A stretch of DNA of 64,000 bases from an uncultured Bacilli bacterium (GCA_934120715.1 CAKOUW010000002.1:78564-142563); one strand, 5' to 3'; positions 32,073 to 44,713 are shown, counted from the first letter of the stretch. Notes: generated by a model from the sequence alone, not told the origin. Numbers and translations: made by a program.

Positions 32073-33437
32073 ATGTTTGAAAATAATAAAGTGTTGATTC
32101 TAGGGTTAGCTAGAAGCGGTTATGCTGCAGCTAAAGTACTAGTTGAAAGAGGAAACAAAGTTATACTTAATGATGGTAAAGCTGAAGAAAAATTAGATAA
32201 GGAACAAATAAGAGAGTTGAGGGAATTAGGAGTTGAACTTATATTTGGTTCTCATCCTGATGATTTGTTAGATAATACTTTTGATTATTTAATTAAAAAT
32301 CCTGGTGTTCCAATTGATCATAAATATGTTTTGCAGGCTAGAAAACTTGGTATAGAAGTTATTAATGAGGCTGAAATGGCTTATAGATTGCTTCCTGATG
32401 GTGTTAAGTTAGTAGCAATAACGGGGACTAATGGAAAAACTACAACTACGACTCTTACTTATCAAATCCTAAAAAAAGCCTTTGGTGATAGAGTGTTTTT
32501 AGCCGGTAATATAGGTTACCCTTTATGTAATATTTTAAATAAAGTCAAAGACGATAGTATTATAGTTATGGAAGTTTCTTGCCAACAACTAGAAAATATG
32601 AGTAAATTTAAACCTGATATAGCAGTTATGACTAACTTAAGTCCGGCACATATTGACTTTTTAAAGAGTTATGATAATTATAAGCGTGTTAAAACTAAAT
32701 TGTTTCAAAATCAAACAATTGATGATATAGCTATTTTAAATATAGAAAATGATGATGTTATTGATTCTACTAAGAACATTAAATCAACAGTTAAGTATTT
32801 TTCTAGTCAAAAGGAAATAAGTGGTGCTTATTATAGTAATGGTGATATTTTCTATTATGGAGAAAAGGTTATTTCTGATGATGAAATCTTTATTAAAGGG
32901 GTACACAATATAGAGAATTGTATGTGTGCTATAATGATAGCGAAAGAATTGAATGTTTCAAATGAGGTAATTAAAGAGGTTATTAGTAATTTTAGGGGTG
33001 TTGAACATAGACTTGAGTATGTTGATACTGTAGAGGGAAGAAAATTTTATAATGATACAGAGGCTACTAATACTAAATGTACGCAGATTGCTTTGTCTTC
33101 CTTTAATGAACCTATTATTTTGATTTTAGGTGGACTTGATCGGGGACAAGATTTTGATGATCTTATTCCATATTTAGGAAATGTTAAATGTATTGTTGGA
33201 ATAGGTCAATGCCGAAACAGGGTTTTAGATTTTGGTATAAAAGAAAATATTCCTACATATATCTATGAATTCTTAACTGATGGATTTGATAAATGCTTTG
33301 AAGAATCATCTGAAGGTGATGTAATATTACTTAGTCCAGCTTCAGCTTCATGGGATCAATATAAGGAGTGTGAAGTTAGAGGAGCAGAATTTAAGAAAAA
33401 AGTAGAGGCTTTAAAAGATGAAAGTAGAAAAAAATAG
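32073..33437 (+). CDS. murD: UDP-N-acetylmuramoylalanine--D-glutamate ligase
   Basis: Mur ligase motifs (GTNGKTTTT). Confidence 0.9.
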   Translation: MFENNKVLILGLARSGYAAAKVLVERGNKVILNDGKAEEKLDKEQIRELRELGVELIFGSHPDDLLDNTFDYLIKNPGVPIDHKYVLQARKLGIEVINEAEMAYRLLPDGVKLVAITGTNGKTTTTTLTYQILKKAFGDRVFLAGNIGYPLCNILNKVKDDSIIVMEVSCQQLENMSKFKPDIAVMTNLSPAHIDFLKSYDNYKRVKTKLFQNQTIDDIAILNIENDDVIDSTKNIKSTVKYFSSQKEISGAYYSNGDIFYYGEKVISDDEIFIKGVHNIENCMCAIMIAKELNVSNEVIKEVISNFRGVEHRLEYVDTVEGRKFYNDTEATNTKCTQIALSSFNEPIILILGGLDRGQDFDDLIPYLGNVKCIVGIGQCRNRVLDFGIKENIPTYIYEFLTDGFDKCFEESSEGDVILLSPASASWDQYKECEVRGAEFKKKVEALKDESRKK

Positions 33438-33660
33438 AATTTACAGACATTTTAAAGGTGATTATTATTTAGTACTTGATGTTGCGATACATAGTGAGAC
33501 AGGGGAGAGACTTGTTATATATAGAGCATTGTATGGGGATAATTTACTATATGCTAGGCCATTTGAAATGTTTGTATCTAAAGTTGATAGAGAAAAGTAT
33601 CCTGATGTAGAACAAGAATATAGATTTGAATTACAAAATATTGATAGTGTTAATAAATAG
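33418..33660 (+). CDS. DUF1653-family small protein
   Basis: [11 protein letters not shown] core motif. It overlaps the murD 3' end by 20 nt. Confidence 0.55.
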   Translation: MKVEKNRIYRHFKGDYYLVLDVAIHSETGERLVIYRALYGDNLLYARPFEMFVSKVDREKYPDVEQEYRFELQNIDSVNK

Positions 33661-33669
33661 GAGGAATTT

Positions 33670-34896
33670 ATGAAAATTATTGATGTAAAGGGAAGAGAAA
33701 TTTTAGATTCTAGAGGTAATCCAACTGTTGAAGTTGATGTTTTTCTAGAAAATGGTATTACTGGAAGGGCTGCTGTTCCATCTGGAGCTTCAACTGGTGA
33801 AAGAGAAGCTTTGGAAATGAGAGATGGAGACAAGATGAGATTTGGTGGTAAAGGTGTTTTAAAGGCTGTTAATAATGTAAATACTGTTATTCGTGATAGA
33901 ATTGTTGGCATGGACGTTTATGATCAAAAGGCAATAGATGAGGCTATGTTAGAACTTGATGGTACTAAAACTAAGAGTAATCTAGGTGCTAATGCAATAC
34001 TTGGTGTATCTATGGCTTGTTTAAAGGCTGCTGCTAATGACAGTGGAAAGCCACTATATGCATATGTTGGTGAGGGAAGGACATTACCTGTTCCAATGAT
34101 GAATATTATTAATGGTGGGGCTCATGCAGATAATTCGCTTGATTTTCAAGAATATATGATTATTCCACAACGTGATACTATTCATGAGAGAGTAAGAGTT
34201 GGTGCTGAAGTATTTCATGCATTAAAGGCTGTTTTAAAAGAAAAAGGTTATGCTACATCAGTAGGTGATGAGGGAGGTTTTGCACCAAACTTAAAGAGTA
34301 ATAAAGAAGGATTTGAATTAATTACTGAGGCTGTAATAAGAGCAGGATATAAACCATATGATGATGTATGTTACGCTATAGATGTAGCGGCTAGTGAATT
34401 TTATCGTGATGGAAAGTATCATTTGGATGGTGAAGGCAAAGTATTAAGTACTGATGAGTTAATAGAATATTACAAAGATTTAGTAAACACTTATCCAATT
34501 ATTTCTATTGAGGATCCGGTTGACGAAAATGACTGGGAAGGATTTAGTAAAGTTACTACAGAGTTAGGAGATAAAATTCAATTAGTTGGTGATGATTTAT
34601 TTGTTACTAATAAGGAATGTCTTCAAAAAGGTATTGATAATCATGCAGGAAATGCTATTTTACTTAAAGTAAATCAAATTGGTACTATTACTGAAACTTT
34701 AGAAACTATAAAGTTAGCTAAAGAAAATGGTTATAAAACTATTATTTCTCATCGTTCTGGAGAAACTGAAGATACTACTATTGCTGATTTAGCAGTAGGA
34801 CTTGACTTAGGACAAATAAAGACTGGTTCTATGTCTAGAACAGATAGAATTTGTAAATATAATCAATTGATGAGAATTGAGGAGGAACTTAACTAG
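33670..34896 (+). CDS. eno: enolase
   Basis: Full enolase homology (SGETED, DDLxVTN). Confidence 0.97.
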   Translation: MKIIDVKGREILDSRGNPTVEVDVFLENGITGRAAVPSGASTGEREALEMRDGDKMRFGGKGVLKAVNNVNTVIRDRIVGMDVYDQKAIDEAMLELDGTKTKSNLGANAILGVSMACLKAAANDSGKPLYAYVGEGRTLPVPMMNIINGGAHADNSLDFQEYMIIPQRDTIHERVRVGAEVFHALKAVLKEKGYATSVGDEGGFAPNLKSNKEGFELITEAVIRAGYKPYDDVCYAIDVAASEFYRDGKYHLDGEGKVLSTDELIEYYKDLVNTYPIISIEDPVDENDWEGFSKVTTELGDKIQLVGDDLFVTNKECLQKGIDNHAGNAILLKVNQIGTITETLETIKLAKENGYKTIISHRSGETEDTTIADLAVGLDLGQIKTGSMSRTDRICKYNQLMRIEEELN

Positions 34897-34902
34897 TTCT
34901 TA

Positions 34903-35150
34903 TTGACAAAACAGTTAATTAATAATAGAATATTATCAGTTTTAAATTCATTGGAAAGACCATAATTATACTGGCTCTTATACGTAGTGAGTTAAGGATA
35001 GTGTGAACTTAATTATAATCTGGTATAATTCCTACCTTTCCTGAAGAAGTTTTACTTCCGGTGCTAAGCATCGTTAAAAAGCAGAGTTAAAGTAAGGATG
35101 GTACCGTGCATTTTGCACTCCTTTGGTATCATTCTTTTTATTTTTGGGAG
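34903..35150 (+). promoter_or_regulatory. promoter (TTGACA-17-TAGAAT) and T-box riboswitch leader of proS
   Basis: The conserved T-box sequence aaggatggtaccgtg lies at 35094-35108, followed by a hairpin/U-run before the proS RBS. A candidate CCU (Pro) specifier sits in attCCTa near 35030. Confidence 0.6.
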
Positions 35151-35158
35151 GAATTTTT

Positions 35159-36832
35159 ATGAAATTAAGTAAAAGCTATTTTTTTACATTACGTGAAGAT
35201 GTAAAAGATGAAGACAGTAAATCAGGTAATTTGTTGGTACGTAGTGGAATGATTAAGAAGACTAGTTCTGGTATTTATATGTTTTTACCTTTAGGACTTA
35301 GAGTTCTTGATAAGATTCGTTACATTGTAAAAGATGAAATGGATAAGGCTGGGGCTCAAGAGTTATTAATGCCTTCTTTAATACCTAGAGAAGTTTATGA
35401 TACATGTGGTAGAACAGAAGCTTTTGGTAAGGATATGTTTAATTTAAATGATCGTTATGAAAAGCCTTACGTACTTGGTCCAACTCATGAAGAATTATTT
35501 ACTATTGCGGCTAAAAGTATGGTTCAAAGTTATAAGGATTTACATTTCACTTTATATCAACAAGCAGATAAGTTTAGGGATGAAACTAGACCTAGATATG
35601 GTCTTATTAGAGTCAGAGAATTCATAATGAAAGATGCTTATTCTTTTGATAAAGATGAGGCTGGTCTTGATGATAGCTACAATATTATGAAGCAGGCTTA
35701 TAATAATATTTATGATAGGATAGGTATTGATTATAGAATAGTTAAAGCTGATACTGGTGCTATGGGTGGTACTTTATCTGAGGAGTATCAAGCACTTACT
35801 GATATTGGAGAAGATGCCTTGGTTTTATGTGATAATTGTGATTATGCAGTTAATATGGAAGTTGCTGAACATAAGTATATAGAAGATGATGAAGAACTAA
35901 GAGATTTAGAAATGGTTGAAACACCAAATCAAGAGAGTATTGAAGATGTTTGTAATTATTTAAATATTTCAGCTAAAAAGTCTGTTAAGGCTTTACTTAT
36001 GAATGTTGATGGTAAATTGGTCATTTTCTTTGTTAGAGGAGATAGAGAGTTTAGCGAAAGTAAAGCTTGTAAGTTATTTGGAGTAAAAGAAATTGGCTTT
36101 GCTGATGATGAGTTAATTAGTACTAGTAATGCTGTGCCAGGATTTACTGGACCAATCAACTTAAATTGTAAAGTAGTAGTTGATAAGGAAGTTTTAGGTA
36201 TGAAAAACTTCTGTTGTGGGGCTAATAAAGAAGGATACCACTATATAAATGCTAATGTTAGAGATATTAAATATGATATGGTGGCAGATATTAGTAATGT
36301 TTTAGAAGGAGATATTTGCCCTCATTGTGGTGGTAACTTATATTTAAAGAAAGGCATTGAAGTTGGTAATTTATTTAAACTTGGTACTAAGTATGCTGAA
36401 AAGTTAGGTTTAACCTATTTGGATGAAAATAATAAGGAACAAGTTGTTACTATGGGTAGTTATGGTATAGGTGTTGGCAGAATAATGGCTGCTGTTGTTG
36501 AACAAAATAATGATGAACATGGTATAATTTTCCCTGAGGCCATTGCTCCATATAAAGTTGATATAGTTGTTGTTAATATGAAAGATGAGACTCAGGTTGA
36601 TCTTGCTAATAAATTATATGATGATTTGACCAAAGCTGGCGTTGAAGTGATGCTTGATGATAGAGATTTAAGAGCCGGTGTTAAATTTAAGGATGCTGAT
36701 TTGATTGGTATACCATATCGTGTTGTTGTCGGTAGGGGGGCTAGTCAAGGAGTTGTTGAGTTTAAGGAAAGAACTAAAGATGAACATATTGATATTAATA
36801 TAGATGAATTAATGGATAAATTGACTCATTAA
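35159..36832 (+). CDS. proS: prolyl-tRNA synthetase (bacterial type with editing insertion)
   Basis: Class II motifs. The MKLSKSYFFTLRED start at 35159 follows RBS gggagg. Confidence 0.95.
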   Translation: MKLSKSYFFTLREDVKDEDSKSGNLLVRSGMIKKTSSGIYMFLPLGLRVLDKIRYIVKDEMDKAGAQELLMPSLIPREVYDTCGRTEAFGKDMFNLNDRYEKPYVLGPTHEELFTIAAKSMVQSYKDLHFTLYQQADKFRDETRPRYGLIRVREFIMKDAYSFDKDEAGLDDSYNIMKQAYNNIYDRIGIDYRIVKADTGAMGGTLSEEYQALTDIGEDALVLCDNCDYAVNMEVAEHKYIEDDEELRDLEMVETPNQESIEDVCNYLNISAKKSVKALLMNVDGKLVIFFVRGDREFSESKACKLFGVKEIGFADDELISTSNAVPGFTGPINLNCKVVVDKEVLGMKNFCCGANKEGYHYINANVRDIKYDMVADISNVLEGDICPHCGGNLYLKKGIEVGNLFKLGTKYAEKLGLTYLDENNKEQVVTMGSYGIGVGRIMAAVVEQNNDEHGIIFPEAIAPYKVDIVVVNMKDETQVDLANKLYDDLTKAGVEVMLDDRDLRAGVKFKDADLIGIPYRVVVGRGASQGVVEFKERTKDEHIDINIDELMDKLTH

Positions 36833-37021
36833 TCATATATTATGATATGTAAAAATGTATTATTATTTCATTAAAGTTAATTTAAGTGCTTTTCACTGCT
36901 TTTAATTATTATATGATTATAAATTTATTTATTAAAATGTCGATAAAGCGTATATTTAGTTAAATTTGTTGAAATACTTAATTATTTATGGTATTATATA
37001 CTTATTGTTATGGAGGTGCTT

Positions 37022-37237
37022 ATGGAAACAGTATTATTGATTATTTCAATTTTATTGATTATTATTGTACTTTTACAAAGTAGTAAAGCTGAGGGAGCTG
37101 CTCAGATTATTTCTGGTGGTAACTCTGATTTGTTTACAAAAAGAAAAGAACGTGGTTCTGAATTGTTTGTTAGTCGTGTTACATTTTTACTAGGTATTAG
37201 TTTCTTTATAATTTGCCTTGTATCTATGTTTATTTAA
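37022..37237 (+). CDS. secG: preprotein translocase subunit SecG
   Basis: LLQSSKAEGA...GG signature and two TMs. ATG 37022 follows ggaggtg. Confidence 0.8.
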   Translation: METVLLIISILLIIIVLLQSSKAEGAAQIISGGNSDLFTKRKERGSELFVSRVTFLLGISFFIICLVSMFI

Positions 37238-37258
37238 GAACTTTAGTTCTTTTTTTTT
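37237..37258 (+). terminator. rho-independent terminator after secG
   Basis: gaactttagttc followed by T9. Confidence 0.7.
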
Positions 37259-37326
37259 GAGAAAATACTGGTGATTAGTAGGAAAATAAAGTATAATGGT
37301 TTTAAAGATAATAAAGGGATGATTTT

Positions 37327-39435
37327 ATGAGAGATGATATTTTAAATGTATTAAAAAATGCTGATAAAGCTCTTAGTATTTATGAAATTTGTGATTTATT
37401 AGGTATTACTAGTACTGATGATACTAAATTATTATTAGATGAATTGAAGAAGTTGGAGCAAGATGTAATAATTTATCATTCGAATAAAGATAAATATATG
37501 ATGCTTGAGAAAAGCCATTTAAGAAAAGGTGTTATGCGAGTTAACAAAAAGGGTTATGGCTTTGTTGAAGTTGATGATTTACAAGATGATGTTTATGTTG
37601 AACAGGCTAATATGAATGGGGCAATTCATGATGATGTTGTTTTAGTTGAGATTACTAGTAAAATGAATATTGATAGACTTGAAGGTAGAATTTTAAGAGT
37701 TTTAAAGAGGCAAACTGAGCGTTATATTGGTGAAATTAATTTTGATAAAAAGGGTATGGGACATATTACTCTAGATGATAAGAAGATTAAACTAAATATT
37801 GAGGTTCCTAAAGATAAGTCTCTTAACGCTGTTGATGGTCATAAAGTAGTTGTCGCTCTTGTTAAAAAGCTTAATAATAATACAAAATATCAAGGTAAAG
37901 TTGTGGAAATAATTGGTCATAAAAATGATCCGGGTGTTGATATTTTATCTATTACTTGTAAGTATAATATAGAAACTGATTTTCCAGATGATGTGGTAGA
38001 AGAAGTTAAAACTATTCCTATGGAAGTAAGAGAGGAAGACTTAGTTGGTCGAAGGGATTTGAGAGCTCAAGAAATATTTACAATTGATGGAGATGATACT
38101 AGAGATATAGACGATGCTATATCAATTGAAAAACTACCAAATGGTCATTATAAATTGGGTGTTCATATTGCTGATGTTAGTTATTATGTTAAAGAAGGGA
38201 GCCCTCTAGATAATGATGCTATGGAAAGAGGTACTAGTGTTTATTTGGTTGATAGGGTTATTCCTATGTTGCCACATGAGTTATCTAACGGAATTTGTTC
38301 TTTGAATCCTAATGTTGATAGATTAGCGGTTTCTTGTGTAATGGAATTTGATGGTGCTGGAAAGCGATTAGATTATGAAATATTCCCTAGTGTTATTAAG
38401 TCACGTATTCAAATGACATATAATAAGGTTAATAGTATTTTGGAAAAGAATGTTGTACCTGAAGGTTATGAGCCATACGAACAATCTTTGAGATTAATGG
38501 CTGAACTTTCTTCTATACTTCGAAAAGATAAGATTAAAAGAGGATATCTTGATTTTGATGTAGATGAGGCTAAAATATTAGTAGATAGTGAATGTAAGCC
38601 AACAGAGATAAAACTTAGATACAGAGGTGTTGGGGAAAACTTAATAGAAGATTTTATGATTGCAGCTAATGAATGTGTAGCAACTCATATCTATTTTATG
38701 AATTTACCATTTATTTATCGTGTACATGAGATTCCAAAAGAAGAAAAGATTAGAGATTTTTTAGGCTTTATAGGTAGCCTCGGTTATCAAGTTAATGCTG
38801 ATTTGAGTGATACTAGACCTACAACTGTTCAAAAGATACTTAACGCTATAAGGGATAAAAAAGAGTATAAAATATTGTCAAGTCTCTTATTACGTTGTAT
38901 GCAAAAGGCTGTTTATAAACCTGAAAATTTAGGACACTATGGTCTTGCTAGCACATGTTATACACATTTTACTTCACCTATTAGAAGATACCCTGATACA
39001 ACAGTTCATAGATTACTTAGGACATATTTATTTGATAGTAAATTAGATATGGGAACAATTAGAAAATGGGAAGAAAAACTTATATATATTAGTGAACATT
39101 CATCTTCTAGAGAAAGGGCTGCTGCTGATTGTGAGAGAGAAGTTGAAGATATGAAAATGGCTGAATATATGGAAGGTCATATTGGTGAAGAATTTGAAGG
39201 TATGATTTCATCAATTACTAATTTTGGTATGTTTATTACTTTAGATAATTTAGTAGAAGGACTTGTTCCTTTTAGAAACATGAATGACTTTTTCCATTTT
39301 GATGAAAAACTTATGACTTTAACTGGTGAGAGAACACATATAAAATATTCTATCGGTGAAAGAGTAATAGTTAAAGTAGTAAGAGCTTCAAAAGAAGAAA
39401 AAATTATAGATTTTGAGGTCGTTAAGAAGGTGTAG
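37327..39435 (+). CDS. rnr: ribonuclease R
   Basis: RNB catalytic domain plus a C-terminal S1 domain. The secG-rnr-smpB-ssrA context is conserved. Confidence 0.93.
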   Translation: MRDDILNVLKNADKALSIYEICDLLGITSTDDTKLLLDELKKLEQDVIIYHSNKDKYMMLEKSHLRKGVMRVNKKGYGFVEVDDLQDDVYVEQANMNGAIHDDVVLVEITSKMNIDRLEGRILRVLKRQTERYIGEINFDKKGMGHITLDDKKIKLNIEVPKDKSLNAVDGHKVVVALVKKLNNNTKYQGKVVEIIGHKNDPGVDILSITCKYNIETDFPDDVVEEVKTIPMEVREEDLVGRRDLRAQEIFTIDGDDTRDIDDAISIEKLPNGHYKLGVHIADVSYYVKEGSPLDNDAMERGTSVYLVDRVIPMLPHELSNGICSLNPNVDRLAVSCVMEFDGAGKRLDYEIFPSVIKSRIQMTYNKVNSILEKNVVPEGYEPYEQSLRLMAELSSILRKDKIKRGYLDFDVDEAKILVDSECKPTEIKLRYRGVGENLIEDFMIAANECVATHIYFMNLPFIYRVHEIPKEEKIRDFLGFIGSLGYQVNADLSDTRPTTVQKILNAIRDKKEYKILSSLLLRCMQKAVYKPENLGHYGLASTCYTHFTSPIRRYPDTTVHRLLRTYLFDSKLDMGTIRKWEEKLIYISEHSSSRERAAADCEREVEDMKMAEYMEGHIGEEFEGMISSITNFGMFITLDNLVEGLVPFRNMNDFFHFDEKLMTLTGERTHIKYSIGERVIVKVVRASKEEKIIDFEVVKKV

Positions 39436-39437
39436 TT

Positions 39438-40622
39438 ATGAGAAGAAGGAGAATATTGAAAGTAAAAAGAAAAGTATGGGTAGTTCTCTTTTTTCTTTTG
39501 CTTGTAGTGATTATTCTTCTTTGTATTAAGAAATTTAATAAGAAATCTAGTAGTAAAAAAGAAAATAATTCTACACCTATTGTGACTACAAAAAAGCCAA
39601 GAGAATATGAGGCCAGTCTTTTTATGGTTGGTGATGCCTTAATTCATTCTGGTATTTATTTTGATGCTAAAAGTAGTGATGGTACTTATGATTTTAAACC
39701 TATGCTAGAATTGATTAAACCTATAGCCAAAAACTATGATTTGCGGTATTATAATCAGGAAACAATTTTAGGTGGAGCAGAGTTTGGATATTCTAGTTAT
39801 CCTAGATTTAATTCACCTCAGGCTGTTGGCGATGCTTTTTTAGATGCTGGATTTAATTTGGTTTCACTCGCTAATAACCATACTATGGATAAAGGAGAGG
39901 CCGGTGTTATTAATTCAGTTAATTATTGGAAAAGCAAAAAGGATGTAGTATTTACTGGGCAATGGACTTCACAAGAAGAGAGAGATGAGGCTAAAATATA
40001 CAAAATTAATGGTATTTCATATGCTTTCTTTTCTTATACAACTTGGACTAATGGATTAGAAACACCAACTGGAAAGGAATATTTAAATAATGTTTATTCT
40101 TATGAGAAGGCTAGTAATGATATTAACAAGGTTAGAAAACTTGTTGATGTTATAATAGTAGCAATGCATTGGGGTATTGAATATTCTCTTAATGTTTCTC
40201 AGAGTCAATTAAATATAGCTAATGAATTATCTTCTTTAGGCGTTAATTTAATTATTGGTGCCCATCCACATGTTGTTGAACCTGTTGAGTATATTAATGA
40301 TGGTAAAACGTTTGTTATATATTCACTTGGTAATTTTATTTCTGATCAGGTAGGTATAGAAAGACTCACTGGTTTGATGATGGAAGTAAAGATAAAAAAG
40401 AGGGTTGAGGTTGATGATACTGTTAATGTTAGTATAGTGGAACCTAAAGCACAACTTATATATACAAAGTCTGCTTTAAGTGGTAAGAAAAATTTCAAGG
40501 TATATCCTTATCCTAAACTTAATAATGATTTACTGCCTAATTATAATTCATATTACGAAAAATATAAATCTGTGGTTAGTTCAAAGTACCCAGATTTAAT
40601 ATGGGGACTTACGGGAGAGTGA
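39438..40622 (+). CDS. CapA/PgsA-family metallophosphatase-like membrane-anchored protein
   Basis: N-terminal TM and CapA-type motifs (GDALIH...NNH...GAHPH). Confidence 0.7.
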   Translation: MRRRRILKVKRKVWVVLFFLLLVVIILLCIKKFNKKSSSKKENNSTPIVTTKKPREYEASLFMVGDALIHSGIYFDAKSSDGTYDFKPMLELIKPIAKNYDLRYYNQETILGGAEFGYSSYPRFNSPQAVGDAFLDAGFNLVSLANNHTMDKGEAGVINSVNYWKSKKDVVFTGQWTSQEERDEAKIYKINGISYAFFSYTTWTNGLETPTGKEYLNNVYSYEKASNDINKVRKLVDVIIVAMHWGIEYSLNVSQSQLNIANELSSLGVNLIIGAHPHVVEPVEYINDGKTFVIYSLGNFISDQVGIERLTGLMMEVKIKKRVEVDDTVNVSIVEPKAQLIYTKSALSGKKNFKVYPYPKLNNDLLPNYNSYYEKYKSVVSSKYPDLIWGLTGE

Positions 40623-40626
40623 AATT

Positions 40627-41064
40627 ATGGAAATATTAAATAAAAAGGCTTATCATGACTATTTTATTGAAAATATTTATGAAGCAGGAATAGTTTTGAT
40701 GGGCACAGAAATTAAATCAATTAGAAAAGGTAATTGCAATATTAAAGATTGCTATGGAATAATTAAAAATCATGAAGTATATTTACTTAATATGTATATT
40801 GGTCAATATAAAGAAGGAAATATATTTAATCATGATGAGACTAGAAATAGAAAACTGCTTTTACATAAAAAAGAGATAAAGAAGTTAGAACAAGAAATAG
40901 AGTTGAAAGGAAATACGTTGATACCTATAAGACTTTATTTAAAGAATAATCGTGTTAAAGTTTCTTTAGCTGTTTGCAAGGGAAAAAAGAATTATGATAA
41001 GAGGGAATCTATAAAAGAAAGAGACATCAGGAGAGACGTTTTAAAGAATTTAAAAAAGTACTAG
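40627..41064 (+). CDS. smpB: SsrA-binding protein
   Basis: SmpB family sequence ([13 protein letters not shown]). Confidence 0.93.
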   Translation: MEILNKKAYHDYFIENIYEAGIVLMGTEIKSIRKGNCNIKDCYGIIKNHEVYLLNMYIGQYKEGNIFNHDETRNRKLLLHKKEIKKLEQEIELKGNTLIPIRLYLKNNRVKVSLAVCKGKKNYDKRESIKERDIRRDVLKNLKKY

Positions 41065-41786
41065 TTTTGGCTAGTACTTTTATATTTTTGTTCAAATAAT
41101 TCATATAATTTATCACATTTGTCTTTGTCCATATCATTTTTATCTTCATATGGATATGGTATATTTAGGGCTATGTATTTTTCTCTGCCTAATCTGTGAA
41201 ATGGTAGAAAGTCTACTCTTTTTACATTTTTAATTTTGTTTAAATAATTGACTAGACTATCTATATATTCTTCAGTATCTGTTATTCCAGGTATTATTAC
41301 CTGTCTTATCCATACATCTTTATTTTCTTTGTTGATAGCCTTTATAAAGTTATCGATTTCTTTCATTTCAAGTCCAGTAATTTCTTGATATTCTTTTGGT
41401 CTTGTATGTTTGATATCTAATATTACTAAATTAATATATTTAAGAAGTTCTTCATAATTACCATTGCCAACTCCAGCAGTATCTATTGCTATATGGATAT
41501 TTTCTTTTTTTAATAGTTTCGATGTTTCTACTATGAATTTATCATGAAGAAGTGGTTCTCCTCCAGAAAAAGTAACACCACCATTTTTATTAAAATATGG
41601 TTTAGATCTAATTACTTTTTTAACTACTTCTTCTGGGGTATAATTTCTTTCTTTTATAGTCCACATTTCTGGATTATGACAGTACTTACATCTTAATTTA
41701 CATCCGTTAAAAAATACAACAGTTCTTATACCGGGGCCATCTACCAAACCAAATGTTTCTATTGAATCAATACTTGCTTTAACCAT
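41061..41786 (-). CDS. pflA: pyruvate formate-lyase activating enzyme (radical SAM)
   Basis: [12 protein letters not shown] radical-SAM cluster motif. Confidence 0.93.
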   Translation of the reverse strand: MVKASIDSIETFGLVDGPGIRTVVFFNGCKLRCKYCHNPEMWTIKERNYTPEEVVKKVIRSKPYFNKNGGVTFSGGEPLLHDKFIVETSKLLKKENIHIAIDTAGVGNGNYEELLKYINLVILDIKHTRPKEYQEITGLEMKEIDNFIKAINKENKDVWIRQVIIPGITDTEEYIDSLVNYLNKIKNVKRVDFLPFHRLGREKYIALNIPYPYEDKNDMDKDKCDKLYELFEQKYKSTSQN

Positions 41787-41787
41787 A

Positions 41788-44031
41788 TTATATTGTCTCG
41801 TGGAATGTTCTGGAAATTACTTCTTCTTGTTGTTTTCTAGTAAGTCTATTGAAATGCACTGAATATCCAGATACTCTTATTGTTAATAATGGGTATTTAT
41901 CAGGATTTTTCATAGCATCTATCAAAGTTTCTCTATTTAGTACGTTTACATTTAAGTGGTGTGCACCTTGTAAGAAATAGCCATCCATTAGGCTTACTAG
42001 ATTTTCTTTTTGTTCTTCCTTTGTTTTCCCTAGAGCATTTGGTACTATTGAGAATGTATTTGAGATACCATCCTTACAGCAGTTTTTGTATGGTAGTTTT
42101 GCGACAGAGTTTAGGGAAGCAATGGCTCCACTATGATCTCTTCCATGCATTGGATTAGCGCCTGGAGCAAATGGAACACCTTTTTTTCTGCCATCTGGTG
42201 TTGCTCCTGTTTTAGAACCATATACTACATTTGATGTAATTGTTAAAACAGACATAGTCGGTTCAGCTTTTCTATATGGTTCATGTTTTTTAAGTTCTTT
42301 AAACATCTTTTCAAGAATTTCTATTGCTATATTATCAGCTCTATCATCATCATTTCCATATTGTGGATAATCGCCTTCAATTTCAAAATCAACAGTTATT
42401 CCTTCTTCATCTCTAATTGGTTTAACTTTGGCATATTTTATTGCGGATAGAGAGTCAACTGCTACTGATAATCCGGCAACACCATATGCCATATAACGAT
42501 GTACTAAAGTGTCATGTAATGCCATTTGCCCAGCTTCATAAGCATATTTATCATGCATGTAGTGAATTATATTCATGGCATTAGCGTATATGTCAGCTAC
42601 TTTTTCTAGGGCTTTCCAATATGCTTTTTTAACTTTTTGATAATTTAGAACTTCATCATTCATAATATCAAAGCCATCTAATACTTTTTCTCTTTTTATT
42701 TCGTCAATACCACCATTAATTGAGTATAGTAATGTTTTTGCTAAGTTACAGCGAGCACCGAAGAATTGCATGTCTTTACCAAGTCTCATGGCTGATACGC
42801 AGCAAGCAATAGCATAATCATCACCATATATTGGTCTCATTAAATCATCATTTTCATATTGTATAGCATCTGTTTGAATTGACATTTTAGCACAATATTT
42901 TTTGAAATTATCAGTTAAATTTCTGCTCCATAACACTGTCATGTTTGGTTCTGGGGCTGGGTCAAGATTTGTTAATGTATGTAAGATACGGTAAGAACTT
43001 TTAGTGACCATATGTCTTTTATCTTTACTAACACCTGCAATACTACAAGTTACCCAAGTTGGATCTCCAGAGAATAACTCATCATATTCTGGAGTACGTA
43101 GTTGTCTTGCTAAACGTAGTTTTATGATAAATTGATCTATTAATTCTTGAGCTTCTTTTTCAGTGATTGTTTCTTCCTCTAAATCACGATTTATGTATAT
43201 ATCGAAGAAAGCATCTACACGTCCAAGACTCATAGCAGCACCATTATTTTCTTTTATTGCAGCAAGGTAACCAAAGTATGTCCATTGAATGGCTTCTTTA
43301 GCATTATTTGCTGGTGTTGATATATCGATACCATACGTCATTGCCATATCTTTTATACTGTCTAGGGCCCTTATTTGCATTGATACTTCTTCTCTTAGCT
43401 GAATTAATTCATTTGTCATTGGACCGATCAATTTGTTTAAGTCATTTATTTTTTGTTCTTTTAGATAATCAATTCCATATAGAGCAATTCGTCTATAATC
43501 TCCAATTATTCTACCTCTTCCATATGCATCTGGTAACCCTGTAAGTAACCCTACATGTCTAGCTTTTCTGATTTCTGATGTATAGGCATCAAAAACACCT
43601 TGATTATGAGTTTTTCTAAACTCATTAAAATATTTATCTACAGTTGGATTTAGCTTATATCCATATGCATCTAGTTCTTGATAAACCATTCTGATACCGC
43701 CATATGGATTTACAATCCTTTTAAGCGGTTTATCTGTTTGAAGTCCTACTATTACATTGTCTTCTTTACAAATATATCCTTTATCGAATGCGTTGATTCC
43801 TGACATGTGATCTATATCAATATCTAGTACATGTTTTTTTAATTCTTCCTTTAGTAAATCTTTGCATTTTGACCAAATACTAATTGTTTTTTTGGTAGGC
43901 TTTTCTAGGAAGGCTTCATCTCCGTCATATTGTGAATAATTCTTATTAATAAAATCTTGTACATTAACAGAACTTATCCACTTTCCTTGTTTAAATTTTC
44001 TCCATTGTTTCATTATCTTCACCATCCTCAT
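41788..44031 (-). CDS. pflB: formate C-acetyltransferase (pyruvate formate-lyase)
   Basis: Glycyl-radical motif RVSGYSVHF and catalytic CC. The true start is probably the Met at 44013 (RBS ggatggtga). Confidence 0.95.
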   Translation of the reverse strand: MRMVKIMKQWRKFKQGKWISSVNVQDFINKNYSQYDGDEAFLEKPTKKTISIWSKCKDLLKEELKKHVLDIDIDHMSGINAFDKGYICKEDNVIVGLQTDKPLKRIVNPYGGIRMVYQELDAYGYKLNPTVDKYFNEFRKTHNQGVFDAYTSEIRKARHVGLLTGLPDAYGRGRIIGDYRRIALYGIDYLKEQKINDLNKLIGPMTNELIQLREEVSMQIRALDSIKDMAMTYGIDISTPANNAKEAIQWTYFGYLAAIKENNGAAMSLGRVDAFFDIYINRDLEEETITEKEAQELIDQFIIKLRLARQLRTPEYDELFSGDPTWVTCSIAGVSKDKRHMVTKSSYRILHTLTNLDPAPEPNMTVLWSRNLTDNFKKYCAKMSIQTDAIQYENDDLMRPIYGDDYAIACCVSAMRLGKDMQFFGARCNLAKTLLYSINGGIDEIKREKVLDGFDIMNDEVLNYQKVKKAYWKALEKVADIYANAMNIIHYMHDKYAYEAGQMALHDTLVHRYMAYGVAGLSVAVDSLSAIKYAKVKPIRDEEGITVDFEIEGDYPQYGNDDDRADNIAIEILEKMFKELKKHEPYRKAEPTMSVLTITSNVVYGSKTGATPDGRKKGVPFAPGANPMHGRDHSGAIASLNSVAKLPYKNCCKDGISNTFSIVPNALGKTKEEQKENLVSLMDGYFLQGAHHLNVNVLNRETLIDAMKNPDKYPLLTIRVSGYSVHFNRLTRKQQEEVISRTFHETI

Positions 44032-44152
44032 TATGTATTATAACACAGTCATTTTTTTTTTATTTATTCTTTTCTTTATTGTTAATAAATTTTTTATTTA
44101 CTTTACATTTTACTAGTAAAATAATAAAAAGTATGATATAATCTAGCTACAT

Positions 44153-44531
44153 GGGGCTGATTAGGTTTCGACGGGAATATTAGAGCGCAGATGGCAAGTC
44201 GATTGCTCACGTAATGAGCACAAAAAAATAAACGCAAATAAAGTTAAAAACGCAGTAGCTAATTTGTTTGGTGGAAACCAAGCAGTTGCTTTTGCCTAAT
44301 AATATAAGGCCTGCACTTTTTTCAATTTTTATCTAGGAAATTGGAAGAGGTTCATTTTTACTAGATTATAGTTATCTTTTGTCTTGAAGATAAACTGAAC
44401 TTAATAGACTAGTATATTGTTTTGGTCGTTAACTACTTGAATGATATATGAAATTAATTAGTTAACTAAACTTGTAGAGGTTTGCGTAGCTGTATTTTCG
44501 GACAGGAGTTCGATTCTCCTCAGCTCCACCA
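44153..44531 (+). ncRNA. ssrA: tmRNA (ssrA)
   Basis: The 5' end ggggctgattaggtttcgacggg and 3' end ggacaggagttcgattctcctcagctccacca (T-arm plus CCA) are present. An internal tag ORF gca aat aaa gtt ... gct ttt gcc taa taa encodes ANKVKNAVANLFGGNQAVAFA*. An extended -10 tgatataat lies at 44134-44142. Confidence 0.85.
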
Positions 44532-44621
44532 TTGACGAATCTGTTCGAACTATTCGAACTTAATTATATACTTCAATCTGAAATATGATTGATTTTTATT
44601 TTACAAAAAATCCCCATCGGT

Positions 44622-44669
44622 AATTTTGATATTTTGTCAAAATACCTAGGGGGTTAAAGATTTTTACAT
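44622..44669 (+). repeat. copy A of a ~45-bp repeated palindrome-containing element (TTTTGA-N7-TCAAAATACCTAGG...)
   Basis: Directly visible, and repeated at 45615-45659 at ~85% identity. It lies ~50 nt upstream of the NDT-like gene. Confidence 0.6.
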
Positions 44670-44713
44670 AAACAAAATTTTGTAGTACAATAGAGACAAT
44701 TAACAAAGGGGGA

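Noticed and set aside
33465-33911. 148-aa minus-strand ORF overlapping the DUF1653 gene and the enolase start.
   Set aside because: It overlaps the highly conserved 5' end of eno on the opposite strand. The translation is S/L/T-rich and low-complexity, so it is a spurious ORF.
44532-44580. Possible prophage or ICE attachment site with an integrase gene at the tmRNA 3' end.
   Set aside because: No integrase, recombinase or phage structural ORFs were found downstream. Only short ttcgaact-type partial repeats are present, so at most a degenerate remnant can be claimed. This is noted within a finding rather than reported as a mobile element.
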